64,000 nucleotides of DNA. It comes from a bacterium. Its GTDB lineage: Bacteria > Zixibacteria > MSB-5A5 > GN15 > FEB-12. How positions within the stretch are numbered: position 1 is the first letter of the stretch; each line of letters starts with the position of its first letter. The DNA lies in assembly GCA_043811375.1 (NCBI GenBank), contig JBDRNJ010000027.1, positions 15,539 to 79,538 on the forward strand, in the 5' to 3' direction. Below are positions 39,031 through 48,084 of this stretch, in pieces. A program made the translations under genes and the position numbers. Below the pieces are notes generated by a model. It was given only the letters and a program-made list of their open reading frames with translations. It had not been told where the DNA came from and did no database searches.

Positions 39031-39456
39031 TTACCAATCGTTCTCGCCGGAGCCGCTGGTATTGGGCCAGATCTGACCGTTCAGGTAGGCCCAACCACCG
39101 CGTGTGCCTTCGATAGTACCCTTGGTGACTCCGGTGACAATGGAATCGGGGGCGTTGGTGTCCAACTGGTATGGGTTCTTGGGGATACTATATTCCATCA
39201 CCGTACCGGAGGTTTCCAGTTCGGCCAGTGATGGCCAGGTAGCGGTTCCAGTCGTGACTGCTTCATTGGCATAAAAAATCGTGATCCCGGACCTGATGCC
39301 TCCTAAAGCTGCTCGGCAGGACGCTTCTTTGGCCTCGGAAGTGATATTCTGGTACTTGGGAATAGCTACCGCAGCCAGGATGCCCAGCACCACGATGATA
39401 ATTACCAGTTCGATGAGCGTAAAGCCACCTTGTCGAGTCAATCTCAGACACCTCAT
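39031..39456 (-). CDS. Type IV pilin
   Basis: GFTLIEL..LAAVAIPKY. Confidence 0.93.
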   Translation of the reverse strand: MRCLRLTRQGGFTLIELVIIIVVLGILAAVAIPKYQNITSEAKEASCRAALGGIRSGITIFYANEAVTTGTATWPSLAELETSGTVMEYSIPKNPYQLDTNAPDSIVTGVTKGTIEGTRGGWAYLNGQIWPNTSGSGENDW

Positions 39457-39502
39457 GAGTACCCTCCGTGTAAATTAATGTAGTTTTCGGTTTTCGTATA
39501 TT

Positions 39503-39530
39503 TTATCGGAAAACTCAGCCGTTTTTTTAG
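39503..39530 (-). promoter_or_regulatory. Sigma28-like promoter of the pilin genes
   Basis: CTAAA-N15-TCCGATAA. Confidence 0.65.
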
Positions 39531-39534
39531 TGTC

Positions 39535-40752
39535 CTAACCGCCCCTGAAAACCGAGATGAGGTTCCACATCGGCATGAAAATCGCCAGTGCCATTATGAG
39601 GATGAAAACACCCAGCACCAGGGTCAGAATTGGCTCCAGAATAGCAGTCAACTGGCGGGAGGTATAATGGACTTCCTTACTGTAGTGTTGCCCCACTTCG
39701 TAAAGCATCTTATCGAGCGAACCGGATTCCAGCCCGATGCTCACCATCTGTAATGCCATCTCCGGGAAAAACTGAAACTCCCGCTGGGCAAGAATATCAT
39801 CTTTGCCCTCCCGAAAAAGCTCCCCCAACTTCCTTATTTCCAGGGCGATCATGCTGTTTTTTATGGCTCCTTGCAGGATATCCAGTGACTTGACGATGGG
39901 CAGACCGGATTTGAAAAGTATGCGAAACATTATCACAAAACGCGCTACGTTGCCCTTGATGATGAGATTCCCGAAAACCGGCACCCTCAGCATTTGGTGG
40001 TCTATCCAGAGCTTGCCTGACCTGGTGCTGGCCAGCTTGGCGAAGGCCAGCGTCAGAATCACTACAACAGCAAGAACTATCGCCCAGTAGTGTGTGAAAA
40101 AGTTGCTGGTGCCTAAGAGAATCCTGGTCGGCAGCGGGAGCTGGGCGCCCATGCCCTCATAGAAACCTACAAACCGGGGTACTACATACGTTATCAGCAC
40201 TATGAAGGCAGCGACGATGGCAGTGATTACGATGAGAGGGTAGCGAATACCGGACTTGATCTGACGGGACAGTTCCATTTCCTGTTCCAGCATGATCGCC
40301 AGTTCTTCCAGGATTTCATCCAGTTTACCGGACTCCTCTCCGGCGGCGATGCAGGTGGTATAAACCCTGGGAAAGAGGTCGTCCAATTGAGCCATAGCCT
40401 GCGACAGGGCTTTTCCGGATTGCACCTCGAGCCTGATCCGGTCGATCGCCAGATTAAACCGGCTGCCCGGTGGGCCTACCCGCATCACGGTAAGAGCTCT
40501 CAGAAGCGGGATACCTGCCCGGTACATCGTGACCAGGTTGTTGGTAAACAGGATCAGGTTCTCGTAGTCGGTTTTCTTGAAAAAACCCCAGAGCGAAAAC
40601 GACCGGCGTTCACCGACAGCTGCCACCACGAGCGGCGTCAGTTTCTGTTTCGCCAAATAGTCCAGCACCTGACTGTCACTGTCGGCAGTGATGACGCCTA
40701 CCCGGAAGGCTCCGTCCGGCGCTATAGCACGGTACTTATACTGAACCGACAC
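39535..40752 (-). CDS. pilC: PilC/GspF platform protein
   Basis: AGEESGKLD, YP, LPLPT, GLESGSLD, LEP. Confidence 0.93.
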   Translation of the reverse strand: MSVQYKYRAIAPDGAFRVGVITADSDSQVLDYLAKQKLTPLVVAAVGERRSFSLWGFFKKTDYENLILFTNNLVTMYRAGIPLLRALTVMRVGPPGSRFNLAIDRIRLEVQSGKALSQAMAQLDDLFPRVYTTCIAAGEESGKLDEILEELAIMLEQEMELSRQIKSGIRYPLIVITAIVAAFIVLITYVVPRFVGFYEGMGAQLPLPTRILLGTSNFFTHYWAIVLAVVVILTLAFAKLASTRSGKLWIDHQMLRVPVFGNLIIKGNVARFVIMFRILFKSGLPIVKSLDILQGAIKNSMIALEIRKLGELFREGKDDILAQREFQFFPEMALQMVSIGLESGSLDKMLYEVGQHYSKEVHYTSRQLTAILEPILTLVLGVFILIMALAIFMPMWNLISVFRGG

Positions 40753-42472
40753 TGGTCACCGTTACAATCATTTCGGAGTCGGGATGGGAGTAATCATCGA
40801 TATTAAAAGTTTCTTTGAGTAGTTCTTCCAGACAGATGATTCCCAGCTGGAGTTTCTCCAGGCCCATCTCGAATAACGGGATATAACCGCTCTTGCGAGC
40901 TTCCTCCCTCAGTTCTGTCAGAGAGGCGTTACGCATGATCATATCGGAGATGTGGGGTGTAATTTCGACGAACTCGAATACCCCGATCTGCCCCTTGAAC
41001 CCGGTTCCCTTACATACCGGGCAGCCCACGCCACGCTGAAACTTGAAAACATCGGCCAGTTCCAGCAGCCCGGCCTGGCGCAACACCGGTTCCGACGGTC
41101 GGTATTGCTCACGGCATTCGGGACAGTTGACCCGTACCAGCCGCTGTGCCAGAATACCCTTGAGAGCGGCGCCTACCAGGTAGGTCTCCAAACCCATATC
41201 CACCAGACGAGTTACCGCCGAGGGAGCATCGTTGGTGTGAATGGTCGAAAAAACCAGATGACCGGTCAATGCCGAACGTACCCCCATCTGCGCCGTTTCC
41301 CGGTCACGGATTTCGCCAATCATGATGATATCCGGATTCTGCCGCAGGATTGCACGAAGTGTTGAAGGAAACGTAAGACCGGCCCGCTCATTTATCTGGA
41401 CTTGTATGATCAACGGCAGAGAGTATTCCACCGGGTCTTCCACGGTGATGATATTTTTCTCAATCGAGTTGATGCTTTGCAGCGTGGCATACAATGTCGA
41501 AGTCTTGCCACTGGAGGTGGGACCGGAGATCAGAATCAGCCCTTCCGGTTTATGAACAGTGGCACTCCATGCTCGCTCAAGCGATTCGGTTAAACCGAGT
41601 TGCTTGAACGATTGCAGCAGATTACGCCGGTCAAGTATCCGGACTACGATCTTCTCGCCGTGAATCGTCGGCAAAGTGGATACTCTCAGATCGACATTGG
41701 CGCCATCGACATTCATGAGGAATCGTCCATCCTGGGGCAATCGCTTTTCCGAAACGTCCAGATTTGAGGCAATCTTGATACGAGAGATCAACTCGTTCTG
41801 CATCGATTTAGGAGGAGCCGCTTCCTCTTTCATGACACCACTTACCCGGTAACGAATGCGCAGGCGTGATTCCTCCGGCTCGATATGGATATCTGAAGCC
41901 CGATCCCGGATAGCCTTGGCGATTGTCAGATTAACCAGCTTGACAACAGAGCTTTCGGATTCAGCCTCATCAACAGAGGACGACTCAATTGCGGCGGGTC
42001 CTTCCTCGTCCCGTCTGTCGCCAATCATCTGGTTCAGTGAATCGGCTACCGAGTAATACTGGTCAATGGCCTCCTTGATCTCCGTGGCGCCGGCAACAGC
42101 TCTCTTGATGTTGCGACCGGTAAGATATTTGATCTCTTCAATAGCAATGATATTCAGCGGATCAGCCATGGCCAGGGTCACAGCATTGCCGATCTCAAAA
42201 ACCGGAATAAGCGTATAGCGGCGGGCCAGCTCGACCGACACCAGATGAATTACCTGGGGGGCGATAGCCATCGATGACAGCACCACTTTGGGGATAGAGA
42301 GGCGTTCAGAGATGGTGTCGGTTAATTGGTCCTCGGTCAGGTATCTTTTTTTTAGGAGGATTTCTCCCAGCCGTTGGCCGGATATAGCTTGCTCTTTCAG
42401 GGCTGTTTCCAACTGGAGAGGTGTGATCAACCCCTTATCCAGCAACAGTTCTCCTATTCTTTTCTTGGCCAT
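40736..42472 (-). CDS. pilB: PilB/GspE assembly ATPase with MshEN-like N-terminus
   Basis: RIGELL..RLGEIL, GPTSSGKT, EDPVEY, LRQNPD, GEIRD, TGHLV. Confidence 0.93.
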   Translation of the reverse strand: MAKKRIGELLLDKGLITPLQLETALKEQAISGQRLGEILLKKRYLTEDQLTDTISERLSIPKVVLSSMAIAPQVIHLVSVELARRYTLIPVFEIGNAVTLAMADPLNIIAIEEIKYLTGRNIKRAVAGATEIKEAIDQYYSVADSLNQMIGDRRDEEGPAAIESSSVDEAESESSVVKLVNLTIAKAIRDRASDIHIEPEESRLRIRYRVSGVMKEEAAPPKSMQNELISRIKIASNLDVSEKRLPQDGRFLMNVDGANVDLRVSTLPTIHGEKIVVRILDRRNLLQSFKQLGLTESLERAWSATVHKPEGLILISGPTSSGKTSTLYATLQSINSIEKNIITVEDPVEYSLPLIIQVQINERAGLTFPSTLRAILRQNPDIIMIGEIRDRETAQMGVRSALTGHLVFSTIHTNDAPSAVTRLVDMGLETYLVGAALKGILAQRLVRVNCPECREQYRPSEPVLRQAGLLELADVFKFQRGVGCPVCKGTGFKGQIGVFEFVEITPHISDMIMRNASLTELREEARKSGYIPLFEMGLEKLQLGIICLEELLKETFNIDDYSHPDSEMIVTVTSVGSV

Positions 42473-42507
42473 TACCGCTAACTCCAGGAAAAAGTGGTGT
42501 CAGTATA

Positions 42508-42534
42508 TTATCGGTATGGTCTGGTGACGACTGA
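42508..42534 (-). promoter_or_regulatory. Sigma28-like promoter of pilB
   Basis: TCAG-N15-ACCGATAA. Confidence 0.55.
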
Positions 42535-42642
42535 AGCAACGGACAAGAGACAGATGTGGAAGGGGTGGAGGACGGCAGCCGTTTACGGAATCCTGTCGGA
42601 CGATACTTGTCAGACCGGTGAAATCCGGGGAATGTCGTAACG

Positions 42643-43104
42643 TTATTGTTTTTTAGACAGGGATGATGAAAGCAGCCACCGACGGGAGCGGCTGAAAAGC
42701 AATTGCAGAGCGAAGACGATCAAGACCAGGTTAAAGGTCAAACTTCTCCAGGCGGCATCGCCGGAAGCTGTGGAAGCCTTGAAGCAGCCACAGTCGATAT
42801 CAATACCGCGGACGATGGTCGATCCCAGCGCTACTATAAAAATGACGGTCATTGCGTTCACCAGCACCACGGCGCCATTGTAAAATAAACCCAGGATCAG
42901 CGCCAGTCCGCACAGCAGTTCAACCCAGGGGAGAATCAGGGCCATCAGGTTTATCACCTCCCCGGGGACCAGGTGGTAGTACCAGATCGACTTGGCAAAA
43001 GTGTAAGGGTCGGTAATCTTGTAATATGCTGCAAAGATGAAAGTGAAGCCGATAAACACGCGGGACAACACCATCAGCCAGTCGCTGTCGATTATTCGTC
43101 GCAC
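42643..43104 (-). CDS. MauE/DoxX family membrane protein
   Basis: KI.DP..FA..I..Y, LPWVE, RGIDIDCGCF; GTG start. Confidence 0.88.
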   Translation of the reverse strand: MRRIIDSDWLMVLSRVFIGFTFIFAAYYKITDPYTFAKSIWYYHLVPGEVINLMALILPWVELLCGLALILGLFYNGAVVLVNAMTVIFIVALGSTIVRGIDIDCGCFKASTASGDAAWRSLTFNLVLIVFALQLLFSRSRRWLLSSSLSKKQ

Positions 43105-43610
43105 GCCGCCCTCTTTTCCATCTGAAGCCCGGACTCCTCCCATTCCCGGGCTCCCCCGAAGAATATCGATATCGATTTGTAACCGAGCGACTGCATGTTC
43201 CGGGCCAGATGCAGCGACAGATCGCACTCATCGCCGGAACAAAACGTTATGAGAGGATGATCAAGCTTCATACCGTCCAGGGCTGAGTCAATATAGGTCC
43301 CAAGTCCTTCATCAGGAAGGTAATCAAAGGGAATATTGATGGCCCCGGGGATAGTCCCGCACTCGAATACTTCCGGCTCTCGAGTATCAATGAAAGCAGA
43401 TCGGCCCGAAGAAAACTCCATCTGGGCTTCGGCCAGCCCTATGAAAGGAGGATCGCCCTTTTCCGCATCCGGCGTGATAATCGGATCATTGCCCGATGCC
43501 AGGGAGCGATACTGACCGATATAAGGGATTCGGTTAGGGGAAAACAGGTTCAGTCCCAACCCGATTATCACTGATAAAACCAGTATGAATACAACCTGCT
43601 TAACTACCAT
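43092..43610 (-). CDS. Membrane-anchored rhodanese domain protein
   Basis: IDTR, G.IPGAINIP, FCSGDEC, GG..EW. Confidence 0.88.
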   Translation of the reverse strand: MVVKQVVFILVLSVIIGLGLNLFSPNRIPYIGQYRSLASGNDPIITPDAEKGDPPFIGLAEAQMEFSSGRSAFIDTREPEVFECGTIPGAINIPFDYLPDEGLGTYIDSALDGMKLDHPLITFCSGDECDLSLHLARNMQSLGYKSISIFFGGAREWEESGLQMEKRAACDE

Positions 43611-43808
43611 TCCGAAGTCGTCATCTCTGCTGTTTCTTTTCCGTTATACCCATGGATATATCAATTGTTTACATCTGTTAATCGAAAACAGATAAAATGT
43701 TCCTTTTCGACGAGTGTCAAGACCAATATGCCGCCCGCTGGCTGTGGCCACATTGGCTATCTGTTATTTCTCGTCGACTGAATGATCAGAAACTGATGGA
43801 CCTTCCCC

Positions 43809-43844
43809 AAAAAAAAGTCGGGATCCGCAGTTTTGCGGATCCCG
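43809..43844 (-). terminator. Rho-independent terminator
   Basis: cgggatccgca stem followed by a T-tract on the minus strand. Confidence 0.75.
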
Positions 43845-43907
43845 CTGGATCAGTAAGCTTCTCCGACAGTTTTCTCTTCCTTTTTCGGAAGAGTCTCTGT
43901 TCGTCCT

Positions 43908-44093
43908 TCAGATAATACGCACTTGCTGCATACCCGTGTCACCACGTGACGAAATCAATTCATATTTCCCCATCAGAATCTTGCCAACTACTACAGCAAA
44001 CCTCTTGGGGTTAAGTGGTTGCAGGCTATACGGGTGCCAGCAGTCTTTTTCTCCTTTGATAGCGAACGCCTTTTTTGATTCTCTCTTTGGCAT
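43908..44093 (-). CDS. Small basic hypothetical protein
   Basis: AAAGGAG RBS, terminator downstream. Confidence 0.5.
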   Translation of the reverse strand: MPKRESKKAFAIKGEKDCWHPYSLQPLNPKRFAVVVGKILMGKYELISSRGDTGMQQVRII

Positions 44094-44324
44094 GGCACAA
44101 CTCCTTTAGTCCAGTTCCCCCCTTAGAAACCTACGTACATTGCTCACAATTCGAGTGAGACCGGTAAGGGAACCGGGGAGTTTCTAAAAAAATGCTAATA
44201 GTGTGAGGTATCACCTCCTTCAGGTGTGTTTTATGCTGTACAATTCTACCAGCTCGTGAGATGACAAGTAGCGAGTACTTTTGCTGATTATGGTCTTCTC
44301 ATATAATAGCGGTATTACATACAC

Positions 44325-44642
44325 CTATGTAGTCAGTAGTCTATTTAACTTTTTGATTGCCCGATGCTTATAGATATTCACCACTTGTTGCTTGATGCCC
44401 AGAATATCTGCTATCTCTCTCTCTTTTTTCCCCGATAAATAGTGTTTGATTACCTGTTTCTGTCGTGGTGACAGCGAATGGTTGATATGCCACTTTAGTC
44501 GAGAGCGGAGTCTGCCGGCAAACGTCCCACGCGGTTGCTCGTCGCCGGTTATATGATAAGCTGATTGTTCGTTGGCAAAGGATTCTAAAAACAGTTTGTC
44601 GACCAGAACCTCGGCAAATTCAAATTCTTTCCGAGCAGCCAT
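44325..44642 (-). CDS. Stand-alone sigma region-4/LuxR-type HTH protein
   Basis: LSPRQKQVI..G..EREIADILGI. Confidence 0.8.
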   Translation of the reverse strand: MAARKEFEFAEVLVDKLFLESFANEQSAYHITGDEQPRGTFAGRLRSRLKWHINHSLSPRQKQVIKHYLSGKKEREIADILGIKQQVVNIYKHRAIKKLNRLLTT

Positions 44643-44656
44643 AGCTTACCGCTGGA

Positions 44657-45205
44657 TTAATTGTCCAAGTGGTTGTCTTTTCGAATCTTGTCCAGATCCC
44701 GCATCGATATCGAAAACTTCTGAACGGTTTCCCCCCTGATTTCCCTGAGAGCAACATTTTTCTCGTATGGTGACAGATCACCCGGAAGGTTCTTCAGGCG
44801 CTTTCGATAATAACTCAGGATCTGTTCGTGTTTGGTGGCTTTGCGCCTGGAGACCTGCTCTGTCGATTCAGGTTCTTTTGCCGGCGACCGGGCCTGGTCG
44901 AGCTGGTGGCTGAGCGTGTCCATTTTCTCCTGGTTAGTGGTAATAATTCCCTGTAGCGAATCAAAAGCATTCCGGTATGCCAGTTCTCTGACCCATAGCG
45001 ACTCCGCTACTTCATGTTGTTGTTGCTGAATAACTTGACGCTGAGAATCCAAACGCGAGTCGTATTCCTCGACGACATGCGAAGTCTCATCAAGTCCCAA
45101 CTGGTAGGCACTTTCCTTCTGTTGTTTTTGTGTGTTTGCTCTGTAGTAGCATACAGCCGTAAGCAAACCCAGGAAAACGATCGCCAGTACAGCTTTTTTC
45201 ACCAA
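44657..45205 (-). CDS. Exported coiled-coil hypothetical protein
   Basis: N-terminal hydrophobic helix, GAGG RBS. Confidence 0.7.
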   Translation of the reverse strand: MVKKAVLAIVFLGLLTAVCYYRANTQKQQKESAYQLGLDETSHVVEEYDSRLDSQRQVIQQQQHEVAESLWVRELAYRNAFDSLQGIITTNQEKMDTLSHQLDQARSPAKEPESTEQVSRRKATKHEQILSYYRKRLKNLPGDLSPYEKNVALREIRGETVQKFSISMRDLDKIRKDNHLDN

Positions 45206-45285
45206 CCTAACCTCGTAGTTTTAACCCAGAATGTCGGACGTGACATCTGGTGTCAAGTTTGAACATAAACGATACTGACCGACAT

Positions 45286-45319
45286 AAAAAAAGGCGCCCG
45301 GCCAAAAAGCCGGACGCCC
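45286..45319 (-). terminator. Rho-independent terminator after the ncRNA
   Basis: gggcgtccggc/gccgggcgcc stem plus T-tract. Confidence 0.8.
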
Positions 45320-45327
45320 TGTTATTC

Positions 45328-45488
45328 GGTGAAAAACGCCCTGTCAGGCTATCGCCCGCTGCTTTCGGTAATACAACCAAGCGCTGCTGGTCAGGAGCAG
45401 ATGTGCGTGTCCTGCTGCTGCTCGCGATAGGTGTGCAACGCAGGTTTATCAACTGACCCGGAAGTAAACTTGACGGTCATCCACCTGT
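45328..45488 (-). ncRNA. Probable 6S RNA
   Basis: About 160-nt rod-like fold with internal bubbles, own promoter-like sequence and terminator, no credible ORF. Confidence 0.6.
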
Positions 45489-45804
45489 GCAATTATTGTA
45501 CAGTATTGCCGTCAGGTTCAATTTCATTTTGCATTTTCGGATAAACGTCTTATATTGTTATCATAGTACTAAGTATACATCTTTGTTTTGAGCAGACGGT
45601 CACGCAAAAATTACCTGTCAGGTGTCCTCAGGGACGAGAAACCTGCATTAAGTAAATTAACTGTTGAAGCGCTGTCCTTTGAGGCATTGGAAACCTCTAT
45701 AAGGGAAGCCGCAATTCGCGGAGGACTTGGCCGTGCCGATTTCGAATCACACGCGGATGTACTCGCCGTTCCGAGAGAATTCGGTGAAACGGCGCCCCGG
45801 CGTG

Positions 45805-46422
45805 ATGCTGAAAGCAGTGTTTTGGCTGTTTCCTCTGCTGTTAGTGATTTCGCAAAGTTGTTCTACGAACTTCCAGGCTCCTTATCGTTTTGTCGGGCCG
45901 ACAACAGAAGAATATCACAACCATCGAACTGACACCAATCCACCTGAGGAGCGTTACCGGGAGCAGGCAGACGGGTCAAGCAGGCAATCGTCAACAGACA
46001 CCTCCGAGTCTGCTCATCCATATTCCTCATACGATAAAATCACGGAGATCCCCCAGTCTGGTGGTGGAGCGGCGACAATGTCCACCCTGTCGGAACCGGC
46101 CACCTTCGGTAATTCCACCCCATTACGAACCAGCGTGGTCGGAAGGGCGCTGGAGGGGAAGATAGAATTCTTCCTGATGTTGGTAATACCGATTATCATC
46201 CCGAGTCCGTTCTACCGAACACCCCTGATGGTAGCTGCTCCCCATATTGAGGATGCCATTCTGGACCTGATCGACTGGCTTCTGACCGAGCCGGCACCAC
46301 AAACACTTGAAGAGAATTCCGGTATAGCCTGTTCCGGACCGGTGATTTCTCGGGATCAGCGTATCGGCCCGGTGACCGTAACCGATCCCAGGCATGAACT
46401 GACCGGTACCAGGTCACAATAA
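45805..46422 (+). CDS. Putative lipoprotein
   Basis: MLKAVFWLFPLLLVISQSC signal; remainder low complexity. Confidence 0.5.
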   Translation: MLKAVFWLFPLLLVISQSCSTNFQAPYRFVGPTTEEYHNHRTDTNPPEERYREQADGSSRQSSTDTSESAHPYSSYDKITEIPQSGGGAATMSTLSEPATFGNSTPLRTSVVGRALEGKIEFFLMLVIPIIIPSPFYRTPLMVAAPHIEDAILDLIDWLLTEPAPQTLEENSGIACSGPVISRDQRIGPVTVTDPRHELTGTRSQ

Positions 46423-46506
46423 GTCGGCGTCAGCATTCACATCATTACGGTGACAACCATCGATTGTCCCGGCGAGTTTCGTTTGGAATAAATCGACCGG
46501 ATAAGA

Positions 46507-46767
46507 CTAATCGGCGTTCCGATTATCTGTAAGCTGCCGAAAGTAGTCGGATCGTTCACCTTTGGCCACTGAGCTGGATGGTATCGCCAGTACTTCGGCA
46601 GCCAATGCTCGCTTCCCCTTGATGGCAATAATATCATTGACGCCCACCTGATAGGCGGGTTTGACGGTACGGCCGTTGACGGCAATCATGCCATTGGCGG
46701 CCAGATCCTTGGCGATAGTGCGGCGTTTAACCAGGCCGACCGTGGAGAGGAAATCGTCAATACGCAT
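46507..46767 (-). CDS. S4-domain RNA-binding protein (Hsp15/YabO-like)
   Basis: MRIDDFL..LVKRRTIAK..VNG..KP. Confidence 0.9.
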   Translation of the reverse strand: MRIDDFLSTVGLVKRRTIAKDLAANGMIAVNGRTVKPAYQVGVNDIIAIKGKRALAAEVLAIPSSSVAKGERSDYFRQLTDNRNAD

Positions 46768-46773
46768 GGGGAG

Positions 46774-48075
46774 TTACAGACGGTTGTCGATATAGGTCTG
46801 TTCTTTGATCTGAGAAATCCACTTGTCCACCAGGCGCGAGGTTTTCTCCTGACGGGCCATCTCTTTGATACGGTCGAAGTCTTCCTCCAGCGTAAATTGT
46901 CGCGGTGCCTGATATTCCAGCAACTTTAAAAGGTGCAGGCCGAATTGGGAGTAAACAGGTCCTCGAATCTCACCCGGTGTCTGCCAACCGATCACTTCCG
47001 AGGCGAATCCCGGTGGCAGTTCAGTAACCGCAAACCAGCCCAGCTCACCGCCTTGAGCGCGTGTCTCATCGTCAAACGAGAATGTCTTGGCCAGTTGCCG
47101 AAAATCAGCACCTGCGGCCACTTCCGCCTGGAGTGAGTCAGCCAGTGCCGCCACCCTCTGGGTGTCTTCAGGATTGGGCTGAACGGCCAGCAGAATATGA
47201 CGCAGCTTCAGCCGATCGCCCATCTTCCCTTCACATTTAATCACGTGATAGCCAAACTGTGTGCGGATGACGCCGGAGATGTCTCCCGGCGAGAGGTTGA
47301 AAGCGGCCCGGGCGAATTCCGGGACCACGTCGGAACGCGATATGTAACCAAGGTCGCCACCATTGGCTCCGGCGCCGAGGCTGGAGTGGTTGGTGGAGAG
47401 GGTGGCAAAGTCGGCTCCTTCCAATACCTGGCGTCGCAACTCGGCAGTAAGTTCTTTAACGGAGTCTTCCAACTCCGGCGATGGTTCCACCGGCATCAGA
47501 ATATGGGCCAGTTTGACTGCCTCCGGTTGTCCCGGGAGAGAGTCCTGGAAGTTACGGAAAAACTCCTCCACCTCGTGACGTGATACCGCCACCGAATACA
47601 GCTTCTTCTGTATGTAACGCTGCTTGAGGATTTGGTTTTCCACATCGTCGCGAAACCTTTTCCTTAACTCACGAATAGTAAGGCCCTCAGCCGCAAGAGC
47701 ATCGAGAAATGCTTCGTTCGACTCAAAATTGCGCGCAATACCGGCCAGGTGGTCATCCAGTGCCTGTTCGATCTCTTCCGCACGCAGGTTGATGGTGGTA
47801 TCCTTACGGGCCGCAATCAGGAACAACTGGTCGGATATCATCTGCTCCAGTACGTCCGAGTTCAACTGCATAAGTTCCTGTTCGTTCCCGGGCTGCATTC
47901 CCCCCTGCAATACCATCAACTGTGCCTGGCTGGCCAACTCTGAGGCCAGTATAACTCGATCATCCACGACAGCCACGATGCGATCAACGGCCTCACGTTC
48001 AGCTTCGACGCCGACCGCCAGCAGACACCACAGGCAGGGGATGAAAAGATTTCTTATCATGGGCCGCAATCTCAT
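46774..48075 (-). CDS. surA: SurA-like chaperone with two parvulin domains
   Basis: VDRIVAVV, HIL, GGDLG, FGYHVIK twice. Confidence 0.88.
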   Translation of the reverse strand: MRLRPMIRNLFIPCLWCLLAVGVEAEREAVDRIVAVVDDRVILASELASQAQLMVLQGGMQPGNEQELMQLNSDVLEQMISDQLFLIAARKDTTINLRAEEIEQALDDHLAGIARNFESNEAFLDALAAEGLTIRELRKRFRDDVENQILKQRYIQKKLYSVAVSRHEVEEFFRNFQDSLPGQPEAVKLAHILMPVEPSPELEDSVKELTAELRRQVLEGADFATLSTNHSSLGAGANGGDLGYISRSDVVPEFARAAFNLSPGDISGVIRTQFGYHVIKCEGKMGDRLKLRHILLAVQPNPEDTQRVAALADSLQAEVAAGADFRQLAKTFSFDDETRAQGGELGWFAVTELPPGFASEVIGWQTPGEIRGPVYSQFGLHLLKLLEYQAPRQFTLEEDFDRIKEMARQEKTSRLVDKWISQIKEQTYIDNRL

Positions 48076-48084
48076 AGTCGGCTA

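Noticed and set aside
38900..39430. Similar 5' ends of the two pilin genes as a shufflon or DGR
   Set aside because: Ordinary prepilin conservation; no invertase or reverse transcriptase nearby.
45207..45456. Two short ORFs, first considered as a ribosomal protein
   Set aside because: No protein motif; better explained by the structured RNA and its terminator.
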